Of a stretch of DNA of 49,162 nucleotides, positions 1 through 9,802 are shown one piece after another; positions within the stretch are counted from its first letter, which is position 1; each line of letters begins with the position of its first letter. Under the pieces are notes generated by a model that was given only the letters and a program-made list of their open reading frames with translations, was not told the DNA's origin and made no database searches. Source of the DNA: Saprolegnia diclina VS20 (taxonomy: Eukaryota); contig NW_008246091.1 of NCBI RefSeq assembly GCF_000281045.1, forward strand, positions 360,190 through 409,351. The letters run 5' to 3'. A program made the translations under genes and the position numbers.

Positions 1-1823
1 GCGTTCTAGAAGACCAAGATATGGAAGCACGCACACGTTACAAGATCCAGGCGCAGAGCAAGCGGCTCGAGCCATCCACGAATTTGTAGTATCAGTCAAA
101 AGCTAACCCGCCTCGCCCACCTCTGGCATGGCGGACACCAACACGGTTGTTGCCCCCAAGTAGCTCGGTCTTGATTGAGGAAGCTGAGGTATTCGAGTCG
201 CTTGCACGTCGGTGCACATACATGGCTGTCGCGCCGCCCCCTCGTAAGGAGTGCGAGATGCCCAAGGGTATTTAAATCCCTTGGAGATGCCCGTCCTGAG
301 TCAGTCGTGGCCTGTAGTTTGATGTGGCGCGGTGTGGTGGCGCTTCTGCGCCAGAGGGTCAGCATCGCTGCTTGTCGAGGGACCAGCGGTAACCGACGTG
401 CGCGTAAAGGTCAGCGCGCGGAGCTCGAGTCCACGCCTCCATGAGCTTCAGACGGCCGAATCATGACGCACTTCCGGATGTCGTTGCCACGGGGGTCACT
501 GCACTTGGCGCATGCTCGAGGCTCGTCGTGTCTTGGAACACCGTGATGGGGCGCACACTCTTGTGGTCGTCTCGAAGCGTCGGAAACTCGTTCACAAGGT
601 ACTTCGTGTGATCGACACGAAGACTACCCAGCAGCGCTGGCACTTAGCCTTTGCTGTCCGTCCCAGCTGGTCTGTACCATACTTGATCGTTGCAAACTCG
701 TACTTCACATGCGACGCGGCTCGTTGCACTGCCAGCGGCCGCAGAGTGGCAGCCGTGCAAACAAGGTGTAGAACCCAGGACCGCAGCCCCAAGATACCGC
801 CCCTCGTCAAGTCAAGCCCGGTATGTCTTTCGATTTTCTAGTAGTTATAGCAGCCATAGTACACGGTGACATTTTTTTTATTGAAGCATGACGCTGAGTG
901 CACGCCGTGCCATGGCCATCATCATACCTTAACGGCTCGGTGATCGTTTTTGATGACCACTACATATGAAGCCCAACGTGTGAAACTGCGCTGCGCGAGG
1001 AGTGTATATAGGCAGTTGGTGAAGAGACAAAATGCCAATGCCGAGATACTCCAAATTTTCGTGTTGCTCCTCACTCGTGTGCAAAATACCTGGCCAATCG
1101 TGTCAGTGATTCCCCCCGCAACGCTCTTCAGTAGCTCCTACGAGCGGCCAAACCACTGCAAACCCTGACGATGTAGTACAGTCTACTGACCGCGTTCGTT
1201 TTCCATCGCCCTTTTTACATTTCCAAAAATACCTGGAACCAGCTTTGCTCGCCTCGATCAAAGGTACGACATGCAAAGTGATCAAGGTCCACCTGAACCA
1301 TCAGCTGAGGCTGCCCACCCCGAAGCTGCCAATACTATCATATGCAAGGTCAACGACGTGGCGGTGGCCGACGTCGCGCCGCGCGACCGCGCAACTGCCT
1401 TGCATGTCTGCTGCCACGGACTTGTCAGCGTCATTGCCGGGCAGTACTGTGGGTGGAACGCCGCTTTGACGACCGGCTTTGTGCCGCATGTCACTTCGCA
1501 GCTGGTCATGAGCGTCACGTACGTCATCTACCGGTACATGTCGTGCGCGGCGTTACCTCGCGCACCTTTTTTTACGCCAGCCCAAATTGGCTGACGTGTG
1601 ACTGCACGGAAAAGCCTGCTTGTGTTGCTCTTTAGATACATAGCTAAGAATTGTAGTTGTTGCTGATTGGTTGTACTCATGTTACAGCTTGCTCGCTAAT
1701 GACGCCAGTGCACGACATCTGGGTTATCGCCAATTCGTCCTTTGGTGCCGTGACACAGCGAGTAGTTGAGTCTATGGGCCTTACTTCAGAGCGGTGATGT
1801 AGTCTGTGAAATGGATAGTGGTA

Positions 1824-2386
1824 CCAAGAGTACATAAATATCATAGGTGTGTAACGGCCTCTATTTTTGGGCATTTCCGGAAACGGATGCGTCGGATGTT
1901 TTCTCCATACAAAACGTGACGAGTGAAATAAAATAAATCATAATTAAAATACTCGAAATATTTTGCGTTTGTCTTTTTTATTACGCTTCTGTGGTCCTTA
2001 TGAGGTCATCTTGGGGCCGTAGGATGGAGATGTGGGAAGCTGTGCGCGGCAAAAGAAAAGCTTGTACCTACAAGAAGATGTTTCAGACTTGCTTCCCTCG
2101 AAAAATCAGCTTCGCACGCGGCTTCCCACATCTCCATAACCTTGAGCGAAGGTACCCATCGCGGCTGTAAACTTGGTATTTGGATACTTTATCGAATGGT
2201 TTCCAAACTAAATTGAAGGGTGTAACGTTTTTGAAGGACTTCTTTTCATTTAAGTTTCATCCTTCAATAAAGTTTCCTCATCCATATTTTGGAATCGTTC
2301 TGTGGCGTTTCATCCGACGCATATAAAATGCCACGCGGCCCAAAATAGGCGTCGTTACACACCCTATGGTATTTAAGTACTCTTGG
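1824..2386. mobile_element. 563-bp MITE with ~50-75 bp imperfect TIRs and a 5-bp TSD (TGGTA)
   Basis: The left end CCAAGAGTACATAAATATCATAGGTGTGTAACG matches the reverse complement of the right end, CCAAGAGTACTTAAATACCATAGGGTGTGTAACG. TGGTA lies at 1819-1823 and 2387-2391. There is no ORF, and there is an internal ~25-bp inverted repeat (about 2024-2048 / 2113-2137). Confidence 0.75.
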
Positions 2387-4829
2387 TGGTACGGTGCAAG
2401 CGTATTTTTTATAGCACCCTGCAGAAGTTATTGAAACTGCATTGATACGTAGGTATCTGATCTACTTATGGGGTCCATGAAGGACGCTATTAGGTAGGAA
2501 GAAAAACTGTGTGTAAAGAAGCCAAATGGAGCTACGAAACACAATCATGTATTTAATACACAGTAGCAATGAAATATGTCCTGAAAAGGATTTATCCAAC
2601 AATGCAGAGCAAGAAACCTCAGCAACGCCAGGAGCAACACTAAATAATAGCAACGGAACAATCGTTTCGCTCGTACAATCGCTCTTTGATCAAAGATGCT
2701 CTAACTACGGTAATCCGACTGAGGATTGTGCTCTTAAAATTCATGCGTTTATCAAATGGATTATATTGTCCAGTGCATTCGGTCATTGCCATTGTACTAT
2801 TATGGTACAGTAGATGGGGGAAACGTCGCATTCCTTAAACTTGTGTTGTGCGTCAATCTTATACGCGAATTTTTGCACGCTCTGTCATTTGTTGTTGATG
2901 TGTTAGCCAAGTATGCATTATTATAAGTGCGATATGTGGCTAATCGTAGCTGTTTATATAAACCAAAGATAAAAGTTCCCGTGGGATCACAAGGATTATC
3001 CCCGATACATCTTGTTATGGCTACGCTACGAACTGTTGTCTCAAGCGGTCTTGCCGCCTTGGTCGCTTATCCACGGCGAGAAACGCTTCGCCATTTGCAT
3101 GAAAAAACATGCTGGGTCTTTTTTCCAATATTTTTTATGTATCGCCATTGTTGTATGCGCACTGGTGAAACAGCTAGCGGTGGCGCATGCTTTGTTGTTC
3201 TTTAATTCAGTCAGAGATATGCATAGAGACATTTTTTGGACCAGTTCTGGACGAGTGTGGACACACTCAAATCTTGAATGAGCTCCGATCGTGGTGGACC
3301 GTAGTTGTTCAATTTCTTTTAACATGGTTGAGAACGACTGTCATGGTTGAGAACGACTGTCCTACGAAATTTAGATTTCAATCAGTTTTCCGTTCAAAGC
3401 GTAAGTTCGCAGTCCAATGTCCGTTTATGTCCACGTTGAGGACCTAATGGACAGAAAGACAGACGCTCTTCGGACATCGCGCACAGCTTGTGAAATACAT
3501 TGCCCTTGTGGCCGCCAATTCCGAAGCGACAAGAATGGTGCATTTATGCTCTCGAAACAACCAGAATAGAATGAACTCAGTGCCACAGGGCTAATCAATT
3601 CCTCACCCCTTGTTCCTTTGAGAAGTAGAGAGAGTAAATCATATTGCACTCACTTAATGTGCACATTCGAACAGCATCGATTGCGCACATATAATTTCTC
3701 ACGCTGCAGGTACAAGTGCGCGTACGACAGGCTAAGGTAACCGATATTTGTGAAATGTTATACCTTGTGGTGGGGGAGCAGGATATACTTTACGCCTTAC
3801 ATTGATCCGAATACTTTGTTTTTTGTTAACGAGGTGTATCTGGTTTTCTTGCCTGCATATAATGCTGATTAATGTCAGGGTTTTATGGCAATTTTTGAGC
3901 AAGTTCGTTCATACTTTTAAGTAATCATATTATACACGCTAGGCTAGTTCAATCGATAAGCGACTAAAACATCGCGTCGTACGCGGACTCGCTAGTTGCT
4001 CGCTAGTTGCTCTTGTATCTGACCATCATGCTACTAGCGCCACTCCTTTAGGGTCATTTTATAAGAAGTGCGTTAGTGTACAATCAGTGACAGATTCTTT
4101 ACGAAGACCATATATTACAAAAAAGATCAAAACAGACTTAGTGCATACATAGTATGTAGCCTCTAGAAGCACGGCATACTGGATAGTAATTAGTTTTCTT
4201 TACCACATCCATTTGAGCAGACGTGGTCGTTGGGCTATTAACAAGGCATACAGCCGTTAAATGTTGGCAATCATATCGTATGTTCAGCTCTGGCCGTTAG
4301 ATACAACTCGTTGTAGCAGCCAATGCGTCAAATTGTGCATATTCTAGAAATGAAAACGATTTAAGAGCACAATCCTCAGTCGGATTACCGTAGTTAGAGC
4401 ATCTTTGATCAGAGAGCGATTGTACGAGCGAAACGATTGTTCCGTTGCTATTATTTAGTGTTGCTCCTGGCGTTGCTGAGGTTTCTTGCTCTGCATTGTT
4501 GGATAAATCCTTTTCAGGACATATTTCATTGCTACTGTGTATTAAATACATGATTGTGTTTCGTAGCTCCATTTGGCTTCTTTACACACAGTTTTTCTTC
4601 CTACCTAATAGCGTCCTTCATGGACCCCATAAGTAGATCAGATACCTACGTATCAATGCAGTTTCAATAACTTCTGCAGGGTGCTATAAAAAATACGCTT
4701 GCACCGTACCACCGAGAGTACATAAATACCATAGGGTTTGTAACGACGCCTATTTTGGGCCGCGCGGCATTTCATTTGCGTCGGATGAAACGCCACAGAA
4801 CGATTCCAAAATTTGGATGAGGAAACTTT
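2269..4829. repeat. 470-bp inverted duplication (arms 2269-2738 and 4360-4829) around a ~1.6-kb AT-rich spacer
   Basis: The arms are near-identical reverse complements. The same ORF translations (MELRNTIMYL..., MLLFSVAPGV...) appear on opposite strands in the two arms. Confidence 0.95.
3323..3360. repeat. Perfect 19-bp tandem duplication CATGGTTGAGAACGACTGT x2
   Basis: Seen directly. An 11-bp tandem (CTCGCTAGTTG) also occurs near 3988-4012. Confidence 0.9.
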
Positions 4830-6004
4830 CAAAACTTTCGAGAGCAGCGATGCGGCTCGAGCTGTTCGTGCTGCCTTTCAACGAATCAGACGCAGTAGAT
4901 GAAAAAACCATAGAATATTTTGACAAGTAGTCGCCTTAAAGCACACAAGTAGGCGCTTGGATTGGCTAAACTGCAACGCAGATATGATATGGATTCAATG
5001 TTCTATACAGACTAAAGACTATACAACTAAGGCAAAATGGCGATTGACCGACCGCTTTTTGTCGAAAATGAGGCCTTACTCCAAAATGATATTTCTCGAC
5101 AACCAATGCAGCTACGAGACATCTGAAGGCATCATACTAAAAAAGAAGGCTTGCTCTGTATTTTAGAGCCCTTGCCTTCGCGCTGTCGCGTGATTCCTCA
5201 TTTGTGGGGAATTAAGAAGTCGACGCATCGAAAAAGCGTCAGAATTGGATGTTTCTATTGACCGACCGATTGGCTTGTACTTTCTGTTTGTATGCATTCT
5301 AAAAAACTGTGAATCATTTATTGAACACGTTATTCTCCTACTTCAAGGCGGCTCGGCGTTTTTTGTGTGGAAGCGATGAGACGGCAATTAAAATGCGATT
5401 ATTTTTAATGGCACAGCGCATATAAATACTGTCGTATTATCCTGGTAAGAGCGTTTACGTGGTGTACCAGCATCCCAGGTTATTGATTCGGTGTGTCGTG
5501 TCTTTTTAATAGCGCAGCGCATATTAGTACTGTCGTATTATAATAAATACTCCTCGGACTTGTCCAGGTCTTCCTCCACACTCGTGTCATGTCGAGTCCG
5601 TCGCAGTGCGCTGGCGCTTAAGTACACTCGGTGCCGAAGGTTTGAGAGGTAGAACAAACACTGCGGTACGGGCGAGCTCATGTACCTTGATCCATCCACG
5701 CCTCGGTGCCGAGGGTCGACCGCAACAACGATCTCGCCCGTTTGCTTCATCATCCTGATATACTAGTACTGTAGCGCTTGAGCTGGAAGAGGCTCAAGGG
5801 TGAGCTACGCTCTATTGTGGCAATCTTCTTGCTGCCGACGAGGTGACGGTCAACCGTGAAACGTGTGTGGTGTGTGGAGCATGTTAAGCAATGAGGCTGA
5901 CAGCGGCCCTCCGTCAGCTTGCGCGACCCATCCTGTTCCTGCCCGTGCTCCCAACTTCAACCGGGAAATTATTATTCTGACCGTACAATATTATTGCAAA
6001 AAAA

Positions 6005-6104
6005 NNNNNNNNNNNNNNNNNNNNNNNNNNNNNNNNNNNNNNNNNNNNNNNNNNNNNNNNNNNNNNNNNNNNNNNNNNNNNNNNNNNNNNNNNNNNNNNN
6101 NNNN
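6005..6104. other. Assembly gap (other gaps: 7698-7797, 8710-8856, 16250-16349, 16866-16965)
   Basis: Runs of N. Four of the five are exactly 100 N, a usual placeholder for unknown size. Confidence 1.
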
Positions 6105-6232
6105 ACGGATACCGTGATATTCAAGTCTTTCTCAACTGCAACCTTCCGCAAGACAGACACTGCACTGGCCCATTGAAGCGCAATCCCGTCGAAGCTATCG
6201 TGGAGTCAGCCGCCAAGTGTGCGATCCAATAA
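6105..6232 (+). CDS. 3' end of the ankyrin-like CaaX gene that begins at 48590 (partial)
   Basis: 6105-6181 is identical to 49086-49162. It reads GYRDIQVFLNCNLPQDRHCTGPLKRNPVEAIVESAAKCAIQ*, which aligns with the C-terminus of the 9179-9802 product (...PGPVKFEPSDVALGAAIVCTIQ*). Confidence 0.85.
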
Positions 6233-6269
6233 AATAACATCTATCTTTTAATTGAATAACGACTTTTTT

Positions 6270-6769
6270 GCGCGAAGCGCGGCACGAGCGTAGCGGGCCC
6301 GTGCGATAGCACGGTTGGGCAAAATGAAGTCTCAACATTGTGTTCCGGCGTGCGTAGCGCGTCGGGAAGGGTCGAATTCGGTTAAGTACGAGTGGCAGGT
6401 CAATGTCGTGATTGTTGACTTGGTGTTTGTAACAATGTTACAAAGTGCGGAAGCGTACGTAACCGAACCGCGCGCAGCGCGCCACGAGCGAAGCGAGTCG
6501 ACCTGGCGCAGCCGGATCCTGCGCGATAGCGCAAACCACGAGCGTGCACTCGGCGATAGCCGGGGTCTGCGCGGTAGCGCGGTAGGGATACATGCCATGC
6601 GCGAGCGTAGCGAGTGCATGTGCCATCGATGCGCGCAGCGCTAATCCTGAGTTTAGCGTGGACACTTGCGATAGTGCACGGCAGTGTGGTAGGATACTGT
6701 GCGCGATAGCGCAATGTACGAGCGTAGCGAGTGCATTTGGTATCGTTGGGGCCTGCGCGATAGCGCGGG
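6270..6769 (+). repeat. Array of ~15 short GC-stem hairpins capped by GNA or GNNA loops
   Basis: Examples: GCGC-GAA-GCGC (6270), CCGTGC-GATA-GCACGG (6299), CGCGC-GCA-GCGCG (6469), TGCGC-GATA-GCGCA (6520 and 6700), CTCGGC-GATA-GCCGGG (6549), CCTGCGC-GATA-GCGCGGG (6752), and repeated CGAGC-GNA-GCGAG. Confidence 0.85.
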
Positions 6770-7204
6770 ACCTCAATGTCACGCATGGTGTTAGATCAAT
6801 GAGTTTGATCGCGATGTTAGAATCGTATCTGGATGTTACGTTTGCTTTGCACGTTGCTATTGCAATCCGCACGTCAAGCACAGAGCAGAAGATCCGATCA
6901 TGGTGTGGACGCCAGGCTCTGTGGCGGAGCGCAAGTGCGAGCAGCGGAATCGCCAAGCTGCATGCGCCCTGGCGACATCTACTCTGATCGAGGAGGCCAA
7001 GGAGCTCAAGCGGAATATCGCCGCGAGGCAGAGGCGACGGCAGCAAACCAAGGCGGCGACCGCGCCCGCCACTGCATCTCCAGGCGAGGCGCGCGTGCAG
7101 CAGCCGCGCCTGTCACAGTAGAATTGCTGGGCCTGCAAATTTGAGTAGCGATTCTTTAAACCACCTCATGAACGTTATACATCCTACAATGTTGATTATT
7201 CCAC

Positions 7205-7590
7205 ACTGTCCAAGCTACGACACAGACACACCGCTAGGTTGCACGCGGCCCCGATACCGAACTGAAATAAAAAAGCGCGCCAGAACCTGCGCAAACCTTC
7301 TCCACGAATCAAACCACTACGCATGCTACGCATAAAGACCGCTAGATGGCCCACCGGCCCTATGCCCCGCCTCAACCACAAAGACCAACCACACCCAGCC
7401 CCAAGAAAACGCGAGGTTTGGGGCAGGGTACGTTGAGCTTCAATGCACATGATCCCGTCTACCGACGAGTCCAAACTACGTCACACGTAGTACGCGATCC
7501 CACCGCTAGATTGCACGCTACCCCAATGCAAAACCTCAACCAAAGAGCTCGACCAAAACCTGCCCCAAGAAAACACGAGGTTAACCCTAG
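7205..7590. repeat. Degenerate internal direct repeats (~110-165 bp spacing)
   Basis: ACCGCTAG occurs at ~7230, ~7338 and ~7502. CCCCAAGAAAACRCGAGGTT occurs at ~7399 and ~7563. GTCCAARCTACG occurs at ~7208 and ~7469. Confidence 0.75.
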
Positions 7591-8208
7591 TTAGCACATA
7601 ATTGAGTATACAAATATGCGATTGTTGAGTTGAGATGAAACATCAATGTTGCTGGAGCGCGTTTACACTGATGGCCAAATGCGAGTCGAAAGCGGGTNNN
7701 NNNNNNNNNNNNNNNNNNNNNNNNNNNNNNNNNNNNNNNNNNNNNNNNNNNNNNNNNNNNNNNNNNNNNNNNNNNNNNNNNNNNNNNNNNNNNNNNNTCA
7801 GCTTGCGCGACCCATCCTGTTCCTGCCCGTGCTCCCAACTTCAACCGGGAAATTATTATTCTGACCGTACAATATTATTGCAAAAAAAAACACTGCGGGG
7901 TCCATTTGGAGGCTCTTTTCTATTTAAATTATCATTATTATTGTAGCCAATGATCTCCGATTTCCAACTTTTTAATTGGCCAAAAGTCGAAATCGGTCGG
8001 TCAATCGCCACTTTACCTTACACGCAGATATCATCGCCACGACTGAGCTCCGCGATTGAATTCAACAGATGGGACGACTGAGCTTCACGTCCGAGCAAGC
8101 AGCCTGCTGCTTGGGGCATCCACATCTGTTGGTATCTTAGCCAAGGTTTTTTGCGGATAAATACCGTTAAGAACCTCGAAGAACCGTATTTAATTGAAAT
8201 AGTTGGGA

Positions 8209-8709
8209 ATGAATAAACATGAAGTCTTCTACGCGCCACCGGTTGGTCTTTTGTCGACGGGGCTCGTCTCGTGGCACCAGCTCATCTTTGACGACGAGTA
8301 CGATGAGGACGACGAGAACTTCGTACGCTACTATCGTGCGCGCCGCGAAGCGAAGAAGCGACGCGGCCACTCGTCACGCGTGGGCGAGAAGGCAAACGTC
8401 GAGCGCAATCGCGTCGAAGGCATCACTCGCTTTGGCGCCTTACGTATATTAATTCCCGGCGGTCGCTTCAGGCTCTCGATGCCAGTCGTGCGCGAAGCAC
8501 TGGCGCGCTGTCGCTTGTTCGTGGCGCTGTCGGTGATTTTGACGCTCCACTTGGGTGAGGCCGACAGAATGCGCCAACAGCTGAGGACGTCGAAATTGTA
8601 AGCGGTGGCATGGCTCTCTTCGTAGTCGGCAACGCAGCGCTCGTACACACTGGCCTCGTTTCCACCCGACCTTGAGGTCGCAAATGCTCGGCGGACAATC
8701 GCTGCAAAC
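8209..8709. mobile_element. Internally deleted PIF/Harbinger-type element: transposase N-terminus (+, ~8209-8423) abutting a convergent Myb/NAM-associated partner ORF fragment (-, ~8420-8709)
   Basis: The plus strand reads an acidic tract followed by KKRRGHSSRVGEKANVERNRVEG, resembling the N-terminus of 'plant transposon protein' PIF transposases. The minus strand reads SRSGGNEASVYERCVADYEE...FDVLSCWRILSASPKW...KRPPG, resembling the NAM-associated/Myb-like partner. No DDE core is present, and the element is cut by a gap. Confidence 0.7.
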
Positions 8710-9159
8710 NNNNNNNNNNNNNNNNNNNNNNNNNNNNNNNNNNNNNNNNNNNNNNNNNNNNNNNNNNNNNNNNNNNNNNNNNNNNNNNNNNNNNNNNNNN
8801 NNNNNNNNNNNNNNNNNNNNNNNNNNNNNNNNNNNNNNNNNNNNNNNNNNNNNNNNTGAGTATACAAATATGCGATTGTTGAGTTGAGATGAAACATCAA
8901 TGTTGCTGGAGCGCGTTTACACTGATGGCCAAATGCGAGTCGAAAGCGGGTGACAGATTTGCCCGTTTCGACTATAGAGCTGCAACTGTGGATCATTCGA
9001 CAAATGGACAAAGTTGTCGCCCGCCGTTAGCGCTATCTCGTGATAAAAGGGTGGTACTCGGCAACCGTTGGCAACATCGTGTCCACTTCAAGAACAGCAA
9101 AAAAGTTGCCAAGCGACGACAAAAATCTCAGTATCAAAAGCAAGCGCATCCGACATGGA

Positions 9160-9173
9160 TCATTTTTCATTTT
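9160..9173 (+). promoter_or_regulatory. Oomycete Inr+FPR core promoter
   Basis: TCATTTTTCATTTT matches the consensus TCATTYYNCAWTTT and ends 5 nt before the ATG at 9179. Confidence 0.7.
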
Positions 9174-9178
9174 CTTCC

Positions 9179-9802
9179 ATGGCGACTCCATCCACGTCCC
9201 GTGCTGCGTACGACGTTCTCACGCTCCCGAGTCTCGCGACCATCATCTTCGCCTATCAAGGCACTGGCGTCTCCACGTCACTCGCGCTGGCATTCCAGAA
9301 GCACAAGACAGTGCTTCGGCAACTCTTCTCACGGCCCACGAACGTACATGTGGAGATCTTCCGCGGCTACGTCCTGTGCAAGCTTATTGCTGCCAAGGAG
9401 GTCCAGTTGGCCCTCGAGCTACTGGCCGCGTTTCCGGAGCGCGACATGCTCGCACTGCCACCAACCAACAAAAAGTACGTCTACACAATCGACAACGCCG
9501 TGCGCCTGCAAAGCGTTCCGCTGCTGACAAAGCTGCTTGAGCGGGACTTTGGCAAAAGCTCGAAAGCCGCGATGGACGCGGCGGCGACGGACGGCAACTT
9601 GGTCATGGTGCAGCTGTTGCACGAGTACCGCGACGACGGCTGCACGTACAACGCGTTTGCAGCCGCCAAACAAAATGAGGATAGCCACCTCTTGGCATTT
9701 CTTCGACAGGCACGTCCTCGCGATGAGCGAGTTCCCGGCCCTGTCAAGTTTGAACCCAGCGACGTCGCCTTGGGAGCAGCCATAGTGTGCACAATTCAAT
9801 AA
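9179..9802 (+). CDS. Small oomycete-type ankyrin-repeat protein with a C-terminal CaaX motif (CTIQ), 207 aa, intronless
   Basis: Contains the motif AMDAAATDGNLVMVQLLHEYRDDGCT. The start was chosen from the Inr/FPR position and from alignment with the paralog at 48590. Confidence 0.8.
   Translation: MATPSTSRAAYDVLTLPSLATIIFAYQGTGVSTSLALAFQKHKTVLRQLFSRPTNVHVEIFRGYVLCKLIAAKEVQLALELLAAFPERDMLALPPTNKKYVYTIDNAVRLQSVPLLTKLLERDFGKSSKAAMDAAATDGNLVMVQLLHEYRDDGCTYNAFAAAKQNEDSHLLAFLRQARPRDERVPGPVKFEPSDVALGAAIVCTIQ

Larger units (their letters stand above)
6240..7590 (+). mobile_element. Candidate non-autonomous Helitron-like element (1351 bp)
   Basis: The 5' junction is A|TCTATCTTTTAATTG and the 3' junction is ...TAACCCTAG|T, i.e. 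an A/T target with no TSD. A second copy of the 3' end at 16789-16865 (minus) stops matching right after CTAG-T. It contains a hairpin array and degenerate internal repeats. No strong canonical 3' subterminal hairpin was seen. Confidence 0.55.

Noticed and set aside
1..1640. GC-rich stretch with many short ORFs
   Set aside because: It may be a decayed gene or TE, but I could not recognise a motif or build a consistent gene model.
2526..2813. Duplicated ORF MELRNTIMYL... (also 4297-4572)
   Set aside because: It is AT-rich and unlike host codon usage. The recurrence is explained by the inverted duplication.
7582..7589. Telomere-like TAACCCTA
   Set aside because: It is a single unit at an element end, not an array.
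6270..7590. CRISPR-like array or structured ncRNA
   Set aside because: There is no constant repeat with regular spacers, no cas genes, and the context is eukaryotic. The loops fit DNA mini-hairpins rather than RNA GNRA/UNCG, and no tRNA or snRNA signatures were seen.
9068..9178. Longer N-terminus for the ankyrin-CaaX gene (TTG 9068 or ATG 9155)
   Set aside because: Both lie upstream of the Inr/FPR at 9160, and the paralog aligns only from ATG 9179.
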